Positions 9,221 to 21,518 of a stretch of DNA of 64,000 nt are shown here, piece by piece (the first letter of the stretch is position 1; every line of letters begins with the position of its first letter). The stretch covers positions 19,264 through 83,263 of the forward strand of contig JBIKVS010000002.1 of the NCBI GenBank assembly GCA_044356725.1, written 5' to 3'. This stretch comes from Minisyncoccia bacterium (lineage in GTDB: Bacteria > Patescibacteriota > Minisyncoccia > SW-4-49-11). The position numbers and the translations under genes are program-made. The notes under the pieces are model-generated. The model had not been told where the DNA came from. It saw nothing but the letters and a program-made list of their open reading frames with translations, and ran no database searches.

Positions 9221-9829
9221 CTATTCGTTATTATTGGCAAATATTGTTATTGTATTGAATGGGAATAATCTAATAAGTGGCTTTCCTACTATATAAGCTT
9301 TATTTACTGGTCCCCAATATCTTGAGTCTGAGCTATTACCTCTATTATCTCCTAGTACAAAATATTGATTAGCCTTTAATACTACATCTACAGGCTCTTG
9401 GGATAATGTTTTTAAGCCATCTATGATATAGTCTTCATCCAAAACTGTAGGGGTCTCTGCATTGTTTTCATATAAAAGGACTCCTCCATCCTTAATTACT
9501 ATCCTATCTCCTGGGATACCGATAACTCTTTTAATATAATATTCTCTTTCACTACCCCCTGGGATAAACTCAGTATGAAATACTATTACTTCAGATCTTT
9601 TGGGGTCAGCAAAGTTATAGGTTAGCTGATCTACAATCAGATAATCTCCATCTGAGAAAGTTTGTTCCATAGATCGTCCTTTGACCAAAAATGGTTGTGC
9701 TATATAACCTTTAATTCCAAAGTATAAAATTGCGAATACAATTAATGTCTTGATTATGTCAAATAATTCACTCTTAAAGACATTTGTTTTTTGTTGATTT
9801 GGCTGCTGATACTGTTCTTGCTGCTCCAT
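9221..9829 (-). CDS. lepB: Signal peptidase I (S26 family)
   Basis: Has an N-terminal TM segment, catalytic Ser (KGRSMEQTF), Lys box (YYIKRVIGIPGD), and the GDNRGNSSDSRYWGPV motif. Confidence 0.85.
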   Translation of the reverse strand: MEQQEQYQQPNQQKTNVFKSELFDIIKTLIVFAILYFGIKGYIAQPFLVKGRSMEQTFSDGDYLIVDQLTYNFADPKRSEVIVFHTEFIPGGSEREYYIKRVIGIPGDRIVIKDGGVLLYENNAETPTVLDEDYIIDGLKTLSQEPVDVVLKANQYFVLGDNRGNSSDSRYWGPVNKAYIVGKPLIRLFPFNTITIFANNNE

Positions 9830-9942
9830 GTATAGGCTTCTTAATTAGCAACATTATACATCATTTTTTGATTTTAGTAAAGACCTAAATATATCTAATT
9901 TAAGCTATTTTTTTATATGTTAAAAATTAACATATAAAAGAC

Positions 9943-10599
9943 TTAAATACTCCTATAATCTGACCTTGTTACTATAATATGGTCTAGTACTGCAATTGAT
10001 AACAATTCTCCAGCTGCTTTTATAGTTTCTGTTAAAGATATGTCTGCTTGACTTGGGGTAGCATCTCCAGAGGGGTGATTATGAACTATAATCATTGCGG
10101 CCGCATGGTATTTTATAGCTGGGACAAAAATATCTCTTGGATGTGCTATACTCTGATCAATAGTTCCGATTGATATTATCTCATCATGTATAATTTGATT
10201 TTTTATATTCAAATACAAGCCTCTCAAATACTCTTTTTTTAAATTATGCATATCGCTTACAAAATCCCAAACATCCTGTGGAGATCGTATCGTAGGAATA
10301 TCTATACTTTTATCAGCAAACATTCTTCTTCCAATTTCAAAACAAGCCAAGAGCTGACAGGCTTTTACCTTGGGTAACTCAAAATCAGTCATAACATCAG
10401 AGACTCGACTATAGCCTGTAATAGTTTTGGATCCATAATCTTTAAAAATTCTTTTAGATAACTCTAAAACATTCTCTTTTTTATACCCAGTTCCTAGAAT
10501 AATAGCTAATAACTCTTCTAAATTCAAAGCCTGTACTCCAGAGTTTATCAACTTTTCTCTAGGTTGCTGATCCTCTGGCAAGAATTTTATTTTATACAT
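9943..10599 (-). CDS. radC: RadC-like JAB/MPN domain protein. The start is revised to the second Met.
   Basis: HNHPSGDATPSQADISLT matches the JAMM motif, and the N-terminal helix-hairpin-helix region reads EELLAIILGTG. The ATG at 10599 lies 2 nt after the upstream stop, whereas the track start at 10644 would overlap the upstream gene by 43 nt. Confidence 0.8.
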   Translation of the reverse strand: MYKIKFLPEDQQPREKLINSGVQALNLEELLAIILGTGYKKENVLELSKRIFKDYGSKTITGYSRVSDVMTDFELPKVKACQLLACFEIGRRMFADKSIDIPTIRSPQDVWDFVSDMHNLKKEYLRGLYLNIKNQIIHDEIISIGTIDQSIAHPRDIFVPAIKYHAAAMIIVHNHPSGDATPSQADISLTETIKAAGELLSIAVLDHIIVTRSDYRSI

Positions 10600-10601
10600 A
10601 T

Positions 10602-11603
10602 TTAAGCTAATATTTCGGCAGATATTTCTGGGGCTACCACACAAATATCTGTATCTGTACCCACTTCATAACCACCTACAAAATTAATTCTAGGAGTTAA
10701 CCTAATAAACCATCTAAAACCTTTATACAAATTTCCATCTACTGGAGCAGTTATAATACTCATATTATAGTCAATATCTCCAATTTTTTCATAATAAGAT
10801 TTGAGTATAGCTTTGTATATTTTGGCCAGATTATATAACTCAGTCTGATTGGAATAAGCAAAATGAGTTTGTGGATATTTAGGATAAATCTCAACTTCAT
10901 AAGCTACTCTAGAGGCATAAGGAGCTATAGCTATAAAGTAATCGTTCTCTACAATAACTCTTGTCTTAGCAGTTTGTTCATAATCAATAACTACTTGAGC
11001 TAAATCTCTATTATTGGAGCGATGGTATTCTCTTGTACCTTCAATGATTCTTTCTATACCATCTGGGACAATTGGAGTTGCTATGATCTGAGAATGGGGA
11101 TGCTGTATAGTAGCTCCTGCTTTCTGCCCATGATTATGCACAATAGCAATATATCTAATCTGTTTATTGCTCATTAAATGCAAACTTCTGGCTTGAAAGG
11201 CTTTGAACATTAAAGCTAATTTTTTAATGGAAAAGTCTCTAATCTGAGTTTTAGATTCACGATAAATTACAACTTCATGAACACCCTCCCCTGCCACAAA
11301 GTTATATGGACCTGCTGTATTATAAGTTGGGGAATTAATATCTTTTAAAAGTGGATATTGATTTTTGACTACAAATATTTGTGATTCTTGTCTGTCATCT
11401 TGTAATTCTAGTAAAATTTCTTCTTTAGATTTACCAGATACTATATCTGCAAAAGGATTTATTAAGTTAGATAAATTACTAGCCTGAGCTTCATTGATTA
11501 TTAATGTATGTGGCCTATGATTACGATTAGTCGAAACCAAGACCCATTCTCCTGTGAATATATCTTGACGAAATTCTTGAGTTATTTTTTGTTTTTGCTT
11601 CAT
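10602..11603 (-). CDS. Galactose-1-phosphate uridylyltransferase-like protein (GalT family, HIT superfamily)
   Basis: The H-x-H-x-Q active-site motif (IQHPHSQII) plus two-domain GalT-like length and architecture. Confidence 0.65.
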   Translation of the reverse strand: MKQKQKITQEFRQDIFTGEWVLVSTNRNHRPHTLIINEAQASNLSNLINPFADIVSGKSKEEILLELQDDRQESQIFVVKNQYPLLKDINSPTYNTAGPYNFVAGEGVHEVVIYRESKTQIRDFSIKKLALMFKAFQARSLHLMSNKQIRYIAIVHNHGQKAGATIQHPHSQIIATPIVPDGIERIIEGTREYHRSNNRDLAQVVIDYEQTAKTRVIVENDYFIAIAPYASRVAYEVEIYPKYPQTHFAYSNQTELYNLAKIYKAILKSYYEKIGDIDYNMSIITAPVDGNLYKGFRWFIRLTPRINFVGGYEVGTDTDICVVAPEISAEILA

Positions 11604-11616
11604 ATGAGTTTATATT

Positions 11617-12336
11617 TTATTTATAATATCCTGTAAATAATCTATATTTTATTATTATAGTGTCTATTAATACTTTTATATAATCTTTTAACTTTACATG
11701 AGAACTATCATCATTATACCATATAACTGGCATTTCTTTAATACTATATCCAAAATGGCGAGCTAAAGCTAAGAGTTCAATATCAAATGACCAGCCTTTC
11801 ATATGGATTTTAGAGAAGATATGACGAGCCTTATCCCCAGCGAAAACCTTAAATCCACATTGCGTATCTTTAATACCACCCACCAAAAGTATCTGTATCC
11901 ATAAATTTCCTAAATCGCCTAAAATCTCTTTATATCTAGCTTGTCTGATTTCAACTTTACTACCTTGCATATCTCGAGAGCCTACTACTATATCTACTCC
12001 CTGCTTCATCACTGGCAGTATTTTATCTAATTCATCTATATGAGTGGAGTTATCTGCATCCATAAATAAGACATATTCGCCTTTTGACTCCATAATTCCC
12101 TGCCGTACTACTGCCCCTTTACCTTGATTGACTTTATTATCAATGATTGTAATTGCTTTATATTTTTTAGCCAATTTAGAAACTACTTCTAAGGTATTGT
12201 CTTTGGATCCATCTAGTACAATTATAGTTTCATAACTATCTTGAACCAAATTATCTAAATATTCTACTACACTTTTGATTGTAGGAGTAATTCGTTTTGC
12301 TTCATTATAGGCAGGTATTATTACGCTTATTTCCAT
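11617..12336 (-). CDS. Family 2 glycosyltransferase (dolichyl-phosphate sugar transferase-like)
   Basis: MEISVIIPAYNEAKRI ... VLDGSKDNT ... FMDADNS (DxD) ... GSRD are GT2 hallmarks. Confidence 0.8.
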   Translation of the reverse strand: MEISVIIPAYNEAKRITPTIKSVVEYLDNLVQDSYETIIVLDGSKDNTLEVVSKLAKKYKAITIIDNKVNQGKGAVVRQGIMESKGEYVLFMDADNSTHIDELDKILPVMKQGVDIVVGSRDMQGSKVEIRQARYKEILGDLGNLWIQILLVGGIKDTQCGFKVFAGDKARHIFSKIHMKGWSFDIELLALARHFGYSIKEMPVIWYNDDSSHVKLKDYIKVLIDTIIIKYRLFTGYYK

Positions 12337-12341
12337 ATCTT

Positions 12342-12719
12342 TTATCTATTTTCTAGCCATTCTTCTAATAAAATTCTTGCTGATTCTATGTCTATACTTT
12401 GTCCTTTTGGAATATATCTTTTAGCTAGAGAGCTTGTTAACCTTTCATCGTATTCTTCTATTTCAATTTGAAACTTGGATTTTAATTCTTGAATAAAGTT
12501 TCTAACTTTGAGAGTTTGCTGAGTATCCGTGGATTGAAAATTAAGAGGCAATCCAACTAGAATATAGTCTATAGAATATTCTGTTATAACTTTTTCTAAC
12601 TCTTCCCAGATTGTACTATTATTGTGAATAACTTTTAATGGAAAAGCAATACTATGCTCTGTAGATGAGTGAGCTAGACCGATTCTAACATCTCCATAAT
12701 CTATACTGAGAATATTCAT
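12342..12719 (-). CDS. ruvX: Holliday-junction resolvase-like YqgF/RuvX
   Basis: MNILSIDYGDVRIGLAHSS N-terminus, 125 aa. Confidence 0.8.
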   Translation of the reverse strand: MNILSIDYGDVRIGLAHSSTEHSIAFPLKVIHNNSTIWEELEKVITEYSIDYILVGLPLNFQSTDTQQTLKVRNFIQELKSKFQIEIEEYDERLTSSLAKRYIPKGQSIDIESARILLEEWLENR

Positions 12720-12725
12720 ATCTAA

Positions 12726-13601
12726 TTATTGAGATAATTTTTTATATAAATTCTCAATTTCGGACTCCTCGAAAAAGTTTAATGTAACTATATATCTTTT
12801 ACCCTTCTTTCTTACCTCCACTTTATTATGAATAGTCTCAGACAACTGAGATACCCATTGCTTCACATCTGAGCTAACTTGATTTTGGGCACTATTAGGG
12901 TCTTTTTTTATGACTTTAGCAGTTTGCCGAACATTGAGAGCATTATTAATAATATTATCTAAAACCTGCTCTTGCATCTCTTGAGTTTCTAATCCAGCAA
13001 TAATTTTGGCATGTCCTTCAGTAATGTCTCCTACTGCTAAGGCATTTTGCACCTTTTCTGGTAATTGTAAATATCTAAGAGTATTAGCTACGGCTGACCT
13101 ACTAATATCTAATTGCTTAGCTATAGCTTCTTGTGTGATATTGAATTTGTGCTGTAACTCAGCAAATCCTTTTGCCTTTTCAATTGGATTTAGATTTTGT
13201 CTTTGAATATTCTCAATCAAAGCCAATTCTGCTTTGTCTTGGTCAGTAATTCCTTTTTTAATTACTACCGATACCTTTTTGAGACCTGCTAATTTAGACG
13301 CTCTTAATCTTCTCTCTCCGGCTATTAACTGATATTTACCCTCACTAACTTCTGTTACTACTAATGGCTGCAATATACCTTTATCTTTAATGGACTGTGC
13401 TAAATTTTCTATCTCTTCTTGTAAAAATTCGGTTCTAGGCTGATATGGATTTGGCTCTATGGAGTTAATATTTACTTCTAGTAATTTATCTTCTGATACA
13501 GGAAAGTTTTCAGATTGTAAAACCTGAGCCTTAGATGGTTGATCTGATGTTTTATTCGGGATTAGAGATGATAAACCTCTACCAAGTGGGCTTTTACTCA
13601 T
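12726..13601 (-). CDS. parB: Chromosome partitioning protein ParB/Spo0J
   Basis: ParB box IAGERRLRASKLAG, an LIENIQRQNLNPIEKA helix-turn-helix region, and placement adjacent to parA. Confidence 0.85.
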   Translation of the reverse strand: MSKSPLGRGLSSLIPNKTSDQPSKAQVLQSENFPVSEDKLLEVNINSIEPNPYQPRTEFLQEEIENLAQSIKDKGILQPLVVTEVSEGKYQLIAGERRLRASKLAGLKKVSVVIKKGITDQDKAELALIENIQRQNLNPIEKAKGFAELQHKFNITQEAIAKQLDISRSAVANTLRYLQLPEKVQNALAVGDITEGHAKIIAGLETQEMQEQVLDNIINNALNVRQTAKVIKKDPNSAQNQVSSDVKQWVSQLSETIHNKVEVRKKGKRYIVTLNFFEESEIENLYKKLSQ

Positions 13602-13654
13602 AGCATTATTTTATATTAAATAAATTATATCACAAATACAAATATTTGATAATC

Positions 13655-14419
13655 TTAATTTTGATTAGTTAACTTGATGAGCTCCTGGGCTAATTGACGA
13701 TAAGCAAACGAACCCTTAGATAATGGAGCATAATCATGTATAGCTTTTCCAAAACTAGGAGCTTCAGAAAGGCTAACATTACGGGGTATAACGGTATCAA
13801 AGACATATCCAGGGAAAAACTTACTAACCTCTTTTGCGACCATAGCAGATAATCTATTCCTTCTATCATACATAGTCAAGATTGCCCCCAATACAGATAA
13901 GTCTGGTTTCAAGTTATCAGATATTAACTGAATAGTCTCTAAGAGCTGTCCTAACCCTTCCAAAGCATAATACTCACATTGTACTGGGATTATCACTTTA
14001 TCTGCCGCTACAAGCCCATTAATGGTTAAAAGTCCCAAGCTAGGAGGAGAATCAATAATAATATAATCGTACAAATGCACGAGACTTTGTAACTGGTCAT
14101 ACAATACAAACTCTCGACGATTCATATTGACTAACTCTACTCCGATACCAGCTACATCTTGAGTCCCAGCAATTATATCAAGTTTAGGGTACCTAGTAGT
14201 ATGAATACTGTGACTGAGAGGAGTTGTTTCATCCATCATTAATTCATATAAACCTGGCTTATTTCCTATTTCAAATCCAAGCCCACTTGTAGCATTGCTC
14301 TGAGGGTCTAAATCTATTAATACTACTTTTTTACCAAACTTAGCCAAATAAGAAGCAAGATTAATGCTTGTCGTTGTTTTACCAGTTCCTCCCTTTTGAT
14401 TCGTAACAGTTATAATCAT
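13655..14419 (-). CDS. parA: Chromosome partitioning ATPase ParA/Soj
   Basis: Deviant Walker A motif KGGTGKTT within MIITVTNQKGGTGKTTTSINLA. Confidence 0.85.
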   Translation of the reverse strand: MIITVTNQKGGTGKTTTSINLASYLAKFGKKVVLIDLDPQSNATSGLGFEIGNKPGLYELMMDETTPLSHSIHTTRYPKLDIIAGTQDVAGIGVELVNMNRREFVLYDQLQSLVHLYDYIIIDSPPSLGLLTINGLVAADKVIIPVQCEYYALEGLGQLLETIQLISDNLKPDLSVLGAILTMYDRRNRLSAMVAKEVSKFFPGYVFDTVIPRNVSLSEAPSFGKAIHDYAPLSKGSFAYRQLAQELIKLTNQN

Positions 14420-15399
14420 ATCTCGTAGTTATCCTCTACCCATTTTATCAGATTTCTAGTGTCTTGGAAACGATAACCACCAATTCCGGATTTCAAAACT
14501 ACAATTCCAACGATTCTATCTTTAATCGAGACTACGGAGGACAAAGTCTCGCCAGCCTCATCAGTAAGACCAGTTTTTCCCACTATCATCTGAGTGTCTT
14601 TCTCTAACATTTCATTAGTATTACCAACTCTAATAGCTTGCCCTGATTTAGAATTAATCATAGTCTCTTTTTGTTTTAGAACGGCTATTAAATCTGGATA
14701 ATTGTCATATAAAGCTTGAGTTAACTTCATCACATCACTAGCAGTACTATAATTACTAGTTGGTTTTTGGTCCAAACCATGAGAATTAAAGAATTCACTA
14801 CCTTGCATACCCAAATCTTGAGCTTTTTTATTCATTTTGGACATAAATTCTTCTGTACCTCCAAAGCTCTCAGCCAATAATTGAGCAGCATCATTACTAG
14901 AAACCATCAAAGAAGCCCGTAATATATCCTCAACCGTAAATTGCTCACCTACTGTGAGAGAATTCCCTCCATAAGTATCAAAGGCAGTCTGAGTCATAGA
15001 AATATATCTCTCACTACTCCATTTATATTCATCCATTACCACCATAGCACTCAAAAGCTTGGTGATGCTTGCTAACTGATATCTATTAAGGGCATTTTTA
15101 TTATATAATATATCTCCAGTCTCAAAATCTACCACCAAAGCTGACTCAGCTGTAATACTTGGTTCTATAATTTCTTTATCAAGTTTACGAAATTTTACAA
15201 TAGGAGCGGGTTGTAAAGTATTGGTATTAGTATTAGCTACAACCTGAGTAGAAGGCATATTCAGAATTTTGATATGATGCAAAACTCCTAAATTATTAAG
15301 ACTTTCTACACTATTTTGAGTCGCACCCAAAACCACATTACCAACACCAACAATGGCTATAAGAATTCCCAAATACCAATAAAAATTTTTGAACTTCAT
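14416..15399 (-). CDS. D-alanyl-D-alanine carboxypeptidase (S11, PBP5/6-like)
   Basis: SxxK (SITKLLS), SxN (SSNDAA), KTG (GKTGLT), and an N-terminal signal/TM segment. Confidence 0.8.
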   Translation of the reverse strand: MKFKNFYWYLGILIAIVGVGNVVLGATQNSVESLNNLGVLHHIKILNMPSTQVVANTNTNTLQPAPIVKFRKLDKEIIEPSITAESALVVDFETGDILYNKNALNRYQLASITKLLSAMVVMDEYKWSSERYISMTQTAFDTYGGNSLTVGEQFTVEDILRASLMVSSNDAAQLLAESFGGTEEFMSKMNKKAQDLGMQGSEFFNSHGLDQKPTSNYSTASDVMKLTQALYDNYPDLIAVLKQKETMINSKSGQAIRVGNTNEMLEKDTQMIVGKTGLTDEAGETLSSVVSIKDRIVGIVVLKSGIGGYRFQDTRNLIKWVEDNYEI

Positions 15400-15443
15400 A
15401 GATTATTTATATTTTATATATTATATCATAAAAAAATATAAAT

Positions 15444-15658
15444 ATGAATTGTAGTTTGTGAATTGTCAATTATGAATGGTGAATGATGAATTGGTAGTTG
15501 TGCTTTTGTCTCCCTCCAACTACCTACGGCAGTTAAAAAGGGAGACGAAAATTAAGTATAGGCGACTGAAAGGTCGCACCTACTAAATTTAAGTATCGGT
15601 GAGAGCACCGACTCTACGGAATTCATAATTCACCACTCACAATTTATCATTAAAATTG
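15444..15658. repeat. Composite repeat element, copy B, with AT-rich inverted ends. It directly abuts the 3' end of tRNA-Arg.
   Basis: The left end atgaattgtagtttgtgaattgtcaattatgaatggtgaatgatgaatt and right end ggaattcataattcaccactcacaatttatcatt are inverted relative to each other. Internal modules are tgtctccctcc...aaagggagacg, ggcgactgaaaggtcgc (15561-15577), and atcggtgagagcaccgactctacgg. Confidence 0.7.
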
Positions 15659-15731
15659 TGCTCTCACCAAGACTCGAACTTGGATTAGAGGCTTAGGAGT
15701 CCCCGGTTCTATCCTGTTGAACTATGAGAGC
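15659..15731 (-). tRNA. tRNA-Arg (anticodon CCT)
   Basis: The minus-strand sequence is GCTCTCATAGTTCAACAGGATAGAACCGGGGACTCCTAAGCCTCTAATCCAAGTTCGAGTCTTGGTGAGAGCA. The acceptor stem GCTCTCA/TGAGAGC is perfect. The D-stem is GTTC/GAAC, the T-arm is CCAAG-TTCGAGT-CTTGG, and the anticodon loop is CTCCTAA. There is one A:G mismatch at the base of the anticodon stem, and no CCA is encoded. Confidence 0.7.
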
Positions 15732-15793
15732 ATTGGTCTTATTATACTCAAAAAATTAATTTTTGTATATAAGACACCTTAACAGGTTTGGAT

Positions 15794-17791
<1,998 letters not shown>

Positions 17792-17795
17792 CTAT

Positions 17796-18713
17796 ATGCA
17801 ATCTATTATTACTATTTTAGGTCCAACTGCGATTGGTAAATCTAAGTTAGCCGTGGAGTTAGCTAAGGAATTTTCTGGATCTATCATCTCTGCTGATTCT
17901 AGACAAATTTATAAAGAATTTGATATTGGTAGTGGTAAAATTACTCAGAAAGAGATGCAGAATGTTCCCCATTATATGCTTGATATCCAAAAATTATGGG
18001 AAGATTATAATGTAGCTGAATTTCAAAAAGATGTGGAATCTATTTTACAAGAATTAGAAGTGCAAAAAACTTTACCATTCTTGGTAGGTGGGACTGGCTT
18101 ATATATTGAGTCTATTATATATGATTATCAGCTACCTAATATACCTATTCAAAATCAATTACGACAAGAGTTGTCTCAGATGAATAAATTAGAACTTCAA
18201 AATAAACTTTTATCCCTAACCCCCCAAATTAACTTAAATCAATCCGACTGGAATAATCCTGTTCGATTAATTAGGGCTATTGAAAAAAACATTTTAGGAA
18301 TTAAGCCTACAGACACAAACCCATCCCCTATCTATAAACCTCTATTAATTGGCTTAAAATCTGATTTAAATAATATAAGGGATAGAATTACACTTAGGGT
18401 AGAAGAAAGACTATCACAAGGTGCTATTGACGAGGTGCAGAATATAAAAACAATTCTAAACTCACAACTATCCCCTATTATGGCTCAAAAAAAACTTCAA
18501 CAATTTGGGCTAGGTACTATAGCTATCTGTGATTATCTGGATAAAAAAATTGACTATGAAAAAATGAAGAGTAAATATATTCAATCCGAGTACCAATATG
18601 CTAGAAGACAAATGACTTGGTTTCGTCGTATGTCAGACATTCATTGGTTTGAGGCTGATGATAAAAATTTATTAATTAAAACTAGTCAACTGATTTCTGA
18701 CTTTCTTGAATAG
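17796..18713 (+). CDS. miaA: tRNA dimethylallyltransferase
   Basis: N-terminal P-loop ILGPTAIGKSKLAVELAK and SADSRQIYKEFDIGSGK. The overall length is right. Confidence 0.85.
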   Translation: MQSIITILGPTAIGKSKLAVELAKEFSGSIISADSRQIYKEFDIGSGKITQKEMQNVPHYMLDIQKLWEDYNVAEFQKDVESILQELEVQKTLPFLVGGTGLYIESIIYDYQLPNIPIQNQLRQELSQMNKLELQNKLLSLTPQINLNQSDWNNPVRLIRAIEKNILGIKPTDTNPSPIYKPLLIGLKSDLNNIRDRITLRVEERLSQGAIDEVQNIKTILNSQLSPIMAQKKLQQFGLGTIAICDYLDKKIDYEKMKSKYIQSEYQYARRQMTWFRRMSDIHWFEADDKNLLIKTSQLISDFLE

Positions 18714-19368
18714 CAGTCTTGATGGTAGTGTGTCCAAGAACTAGAGTATCATAAATAAATACATAAAATCTAAATCCAAGTACAAATACTCCAAAACTAA
18801 ATAAAATAAGGGATAAAGGTGGGTACAATATATCTGAGTTGATATAATTTTGCCAGACTGGTAGCTTTGCTAAATATATATGCATAGTAGCTAATATAAA
18901 AGCTGTATAACTTACATATCTAATTAATCTTCGCCATCTTTTTGGACCTAATGTCTTGATTACTATAATCTCAGAAATAGCATAGCAAATATAAAATAAA
19001 TATAAGGCTATAATGCCTAAAGCAACTGCCCAATAGTTTATAATTAGAATATCAGGGTTTGGGAATACATATATCATTGTACCCACAACTCCGTGGATTA
19101 AGGCATACATAAATCCAATTATCCCTAATTGTTTACGATAAGTTAAAAACTGGTCAAAATAATTCCAAAATTTACCAAAAGGCCCTAGTATTAATGACAG
19201 TCCTATTAGCAAATACCCTGTATTAGTAAATCCTTTAAGCACCATCTCAACTACAGACACCGATTCAGAAACTGTCCCTACATAATAAACAGAGAAAAAA
19301 GGTATGGTTGTCAGACTAAAAAGTATAATATTTTTCCAAGGATTTCTTTTTTTTATAATATTGGCCAT
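18682..19368 (-). CDS. Polytopic membrane protein with a MsrQ/YedZ-like ferric-reductase-type transmembrane domain (tentative)
   Basis: Six predicted TM helices. Histidines in consecutive helices (MYALIHGVVGTM and ILATMHIYLAK) align with the heme-ligand pattern of MsrQ. It is 228 aa and overlaps the miaA 3' end by 32 nt in convergent orientation. Confidence 0.45.
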   Translation of the reverse strand: MANIIKKRNPWKNIILFSLTTIPFFSVYYVGTVSESVSVVEMVLKGFTNTGYLLIGLSLILGPFGKFWNYFDQFLTYRKQLGIIGFMYALIHGVVGTMIYVFPNPDILIINYWAVALGIIALYLFYICYAISEIIVIKTLGPKRWRRLIRYVSYTAFILATMHIYLAKLPVWQNYINSDILYPPLSLILFSFGVFVLGFRFYVFIYDTLVLGHTTIKTAIQESQKSVD

Positions 19369-19370
19369 AT

Positions 19371-20459
19371 TTATTTTAAAATAATATTTTTAGTATTTTC
19401 TATAGTGTCTTTAAAGTTGAATTTTTGACTATAATCTTTAAGAGCTTTGATATCTTCTTTAGATAAATTAGTAGCTAATATTTTTATAATAGCCTTAGCC
19501 CAAGCTCTGACATCCTCAACTTCTACATATTCTATCATAGACTTTCCAATTTCTCTAGAACTGGGAATATCTGAGGCAATCACTGGGACACCTTGTTGCA
19601 AAGCCTCCAAAATTGGAAACCCAAATCCCTCATAATAAGATGGGTATAATACAGCTTTTGCCTTTTGATATAATGTCAATTTTTCTAAATTATTAACTCG
19701 ATTGAGATTGATAATATCTTTTTTATACTCTGATTTATCAATGACTTTGACTATATCTTGATATCCATATCCTGGGATACCAGCTAATACTAATTTCAAA
19801 TCTGGATGACTTAATTTAACTAAATCAAAGGCTTCAATAATAGTTATTAGATTTTTTCTTAACTCTTTTCTACCAATAAATAAAAGATACTCTTTACCCT
19901 CTAACGCTGTAATTGTTGTCTTTATCTTATCCTTCTGATTGATATCTAAACTTGGAATTCCTGATGGTATGACTTTAATTTTATCAGGGTTAATCTCATA
20001 TTCACTTGACAGGTCATCTTTGGTAGATTGACTAGGAGTGATTATAGTAGATGCCCATTTAGCTGATAACTTTGTAAAAATAGCCAAATGCCAAAACCTG
20101 AATAAAGAATAGGCTTGAGGGAAAGCTTCATACTCTAAACCGTGGATTACTATAATGCTATTTTTAGGATGAATTGGTGGGATAATACTAGCTGGGGTAT
20201 AAAATCTATCTGGCTTATCTTTTAGCAAAGCCAATGACAATCCCCATAATGTCCATACAAATTTAGTATTAATAATCTGGTTAGTAATGTTCGGTTGTAA
20301 ATCTAAAATTTCTCTATCTAAAGGTGCTCGTGAATACAGAATAATTTCATGCTCCGCTGGGATTGATTGAAGTAAGCCTAAAATTATATTTTGGGCATAA
20401 TATTCAGTACCTGTTTTATTTTTAACTTCTAATTTGGAAGCATCAATGGCTATTTTCAT
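19371..20459 (-). CDS. GT4-family (GT-B) glycosyltransferase
   Basis: LLFIGRKELRKN ... YPSYYEGFGFPILEALQQGVPVIASDI carries the E-x7-E-type motif of retaining GT4 enzymes. Confidence 0.8.
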   Translation of the reverse strand: MKIAIDASKLEVKNKTGTEYYAQNIILGLLQSIPAEHEIILYSRAPLDREILDLQPNITNQIINTKFVWTLWGLSLALLKDKPDRFYTPASIIPPIHPKNSIIVIHGLEYEAFPQAYSLFRFWHLAIFTKLSAKWASTIITPSQSTKDDLSSEYEINPDKIKVIPSGIPSLDINQKDKIKTTITALEGKEYLLFIGRKELRKNLITIIEAFDLVKLSHPDLKLVLAGIPGYGYQDIVKVIDKSEYKKDIINLNRVNNLEKLTLYQKAKAVLYPSYYEGFGFPILEALQQGVPVIASDIPSSREIGKSMIEYVEVEDVRAWAKAIIKILATNLSKEDIKALKDYSQKFNFKDTIENTKNIILK

Positions 20460-20479
20460 ATAATATTATTTAATTATTT

Positions 20480-21481
20480 TTATCTTTGATAACCTAATAC
20501 TCTCTTATACTTATCGAGACTATCGAGCATTATACCAGTACCTTTAGCGACACAGTATAATGGATCCTCCGCAATACTACAAGGCACACCTGTTGACTTA
20601 GAAATAAGCTCAGCTATATTCTTAAGCAATGCTCCCCCTCCGGTTATAACAATTCCTTTTTCTATGATATCACTAGCTAGTTCAGGTGGAGTTTCTTGCA
20701 GCACATTTTTGACTGTTTGAATTATTTCTCTTAGCTCGGCTTGCATAGCTATAGTTACCTCTTCTGAAGTAATTGTGACATTTTTAGGCAGACCAGTTAA
20801 GACATCTCGTCCTCTAATATCCATTGTGTCTGTTTCAATTGGAAGAGCTGAGCCAAGTTGTTTTTTGATATCCTCAGCGGTTTGCTCTCCTATAGCTAGG
20901 CTATATTTTTTCTTGATATGAGTCACAATGGCTTCTGTTAATTTATCTCCTGCTACTCTAGCTGAGGCAAAGGCAACAATTCCACCTAGAGAAATAACTC
21001 CTACTTCAGTTGTCCCTCCACCAATATCAATCACCATACTTCCTGAAGGAATATCAATAGGAATCCCAGCTCCTAGGGCTGCTAGAATTGGCTCTTTGAC
21101 TACATAGGCATTCTTTGCCCCTACATTTAGAGCAACTTCAATCACCGCTCTTTTTTCGGTAGAGGTAATGGAGGCAGGTACAGATATAATACAATCTGGT
21201 CTAAAAACTCTAATTCGCCCACTGACTTTATGAATTAAATACCCAATCAAAGCTTCAGTCATACGATAATCAGCAATTACCCCATCTCTAATTGGTCTGA
21301 CTGCTTTAATGCCATCTGGTGTTCGGCCAATCATTTCTTTAGCTTGATTACCAACTGCTAGAATAGAATTAGTATAAAGATCTACTGCTACTACAGATGG
21401 CTCATCCACTACAATACCTTTATTAGGCAAAAATACTAATACATTTGCTGTTCCTAAATCTATACCTATTCTTTTTACCAT
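20480..21481 (-). CDS. mreB: Rod shape-determining protein MreB
   Basis: IGIDLGTANVLVF, DIGGGTTEVGVISLGGIV, and 333 aa are canonical for MreB. Confidence 0.9.
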   Translation of the reverse strand: MVKRIGIDLGTANVLVFLPNKGIVVDEPSVVAVDLYTNSILAVGNQAKEMIGRTPDGIKAVRPIRDGVIADYRMTEALIGYLIHKVSGRIRVFRPDCIISVPASITSTEKRAVIEVALNVGAKNAYVVKEPILAALGAGIPIDIPSGSMVIDIGGGTTEVGVISLGGIVAFASARVAGDKLTEAIVTHIKKKYSLAIGEQTAEDIKKQLGSALPIETDTMDIRGRDVLTGLPKNVTITSEEVTIAMQAELREIIQTVKNVLQETPPELASDIIEKGIVITGGGALLKNIAELISKSTGVPCSIAEDPLYCVAKGTGIMLDSLDKYKRVLGYQR

Positions 21482-21518
21482 ATCAATTCTTAACTATCTT
21501 TATACTATTATATCATCT

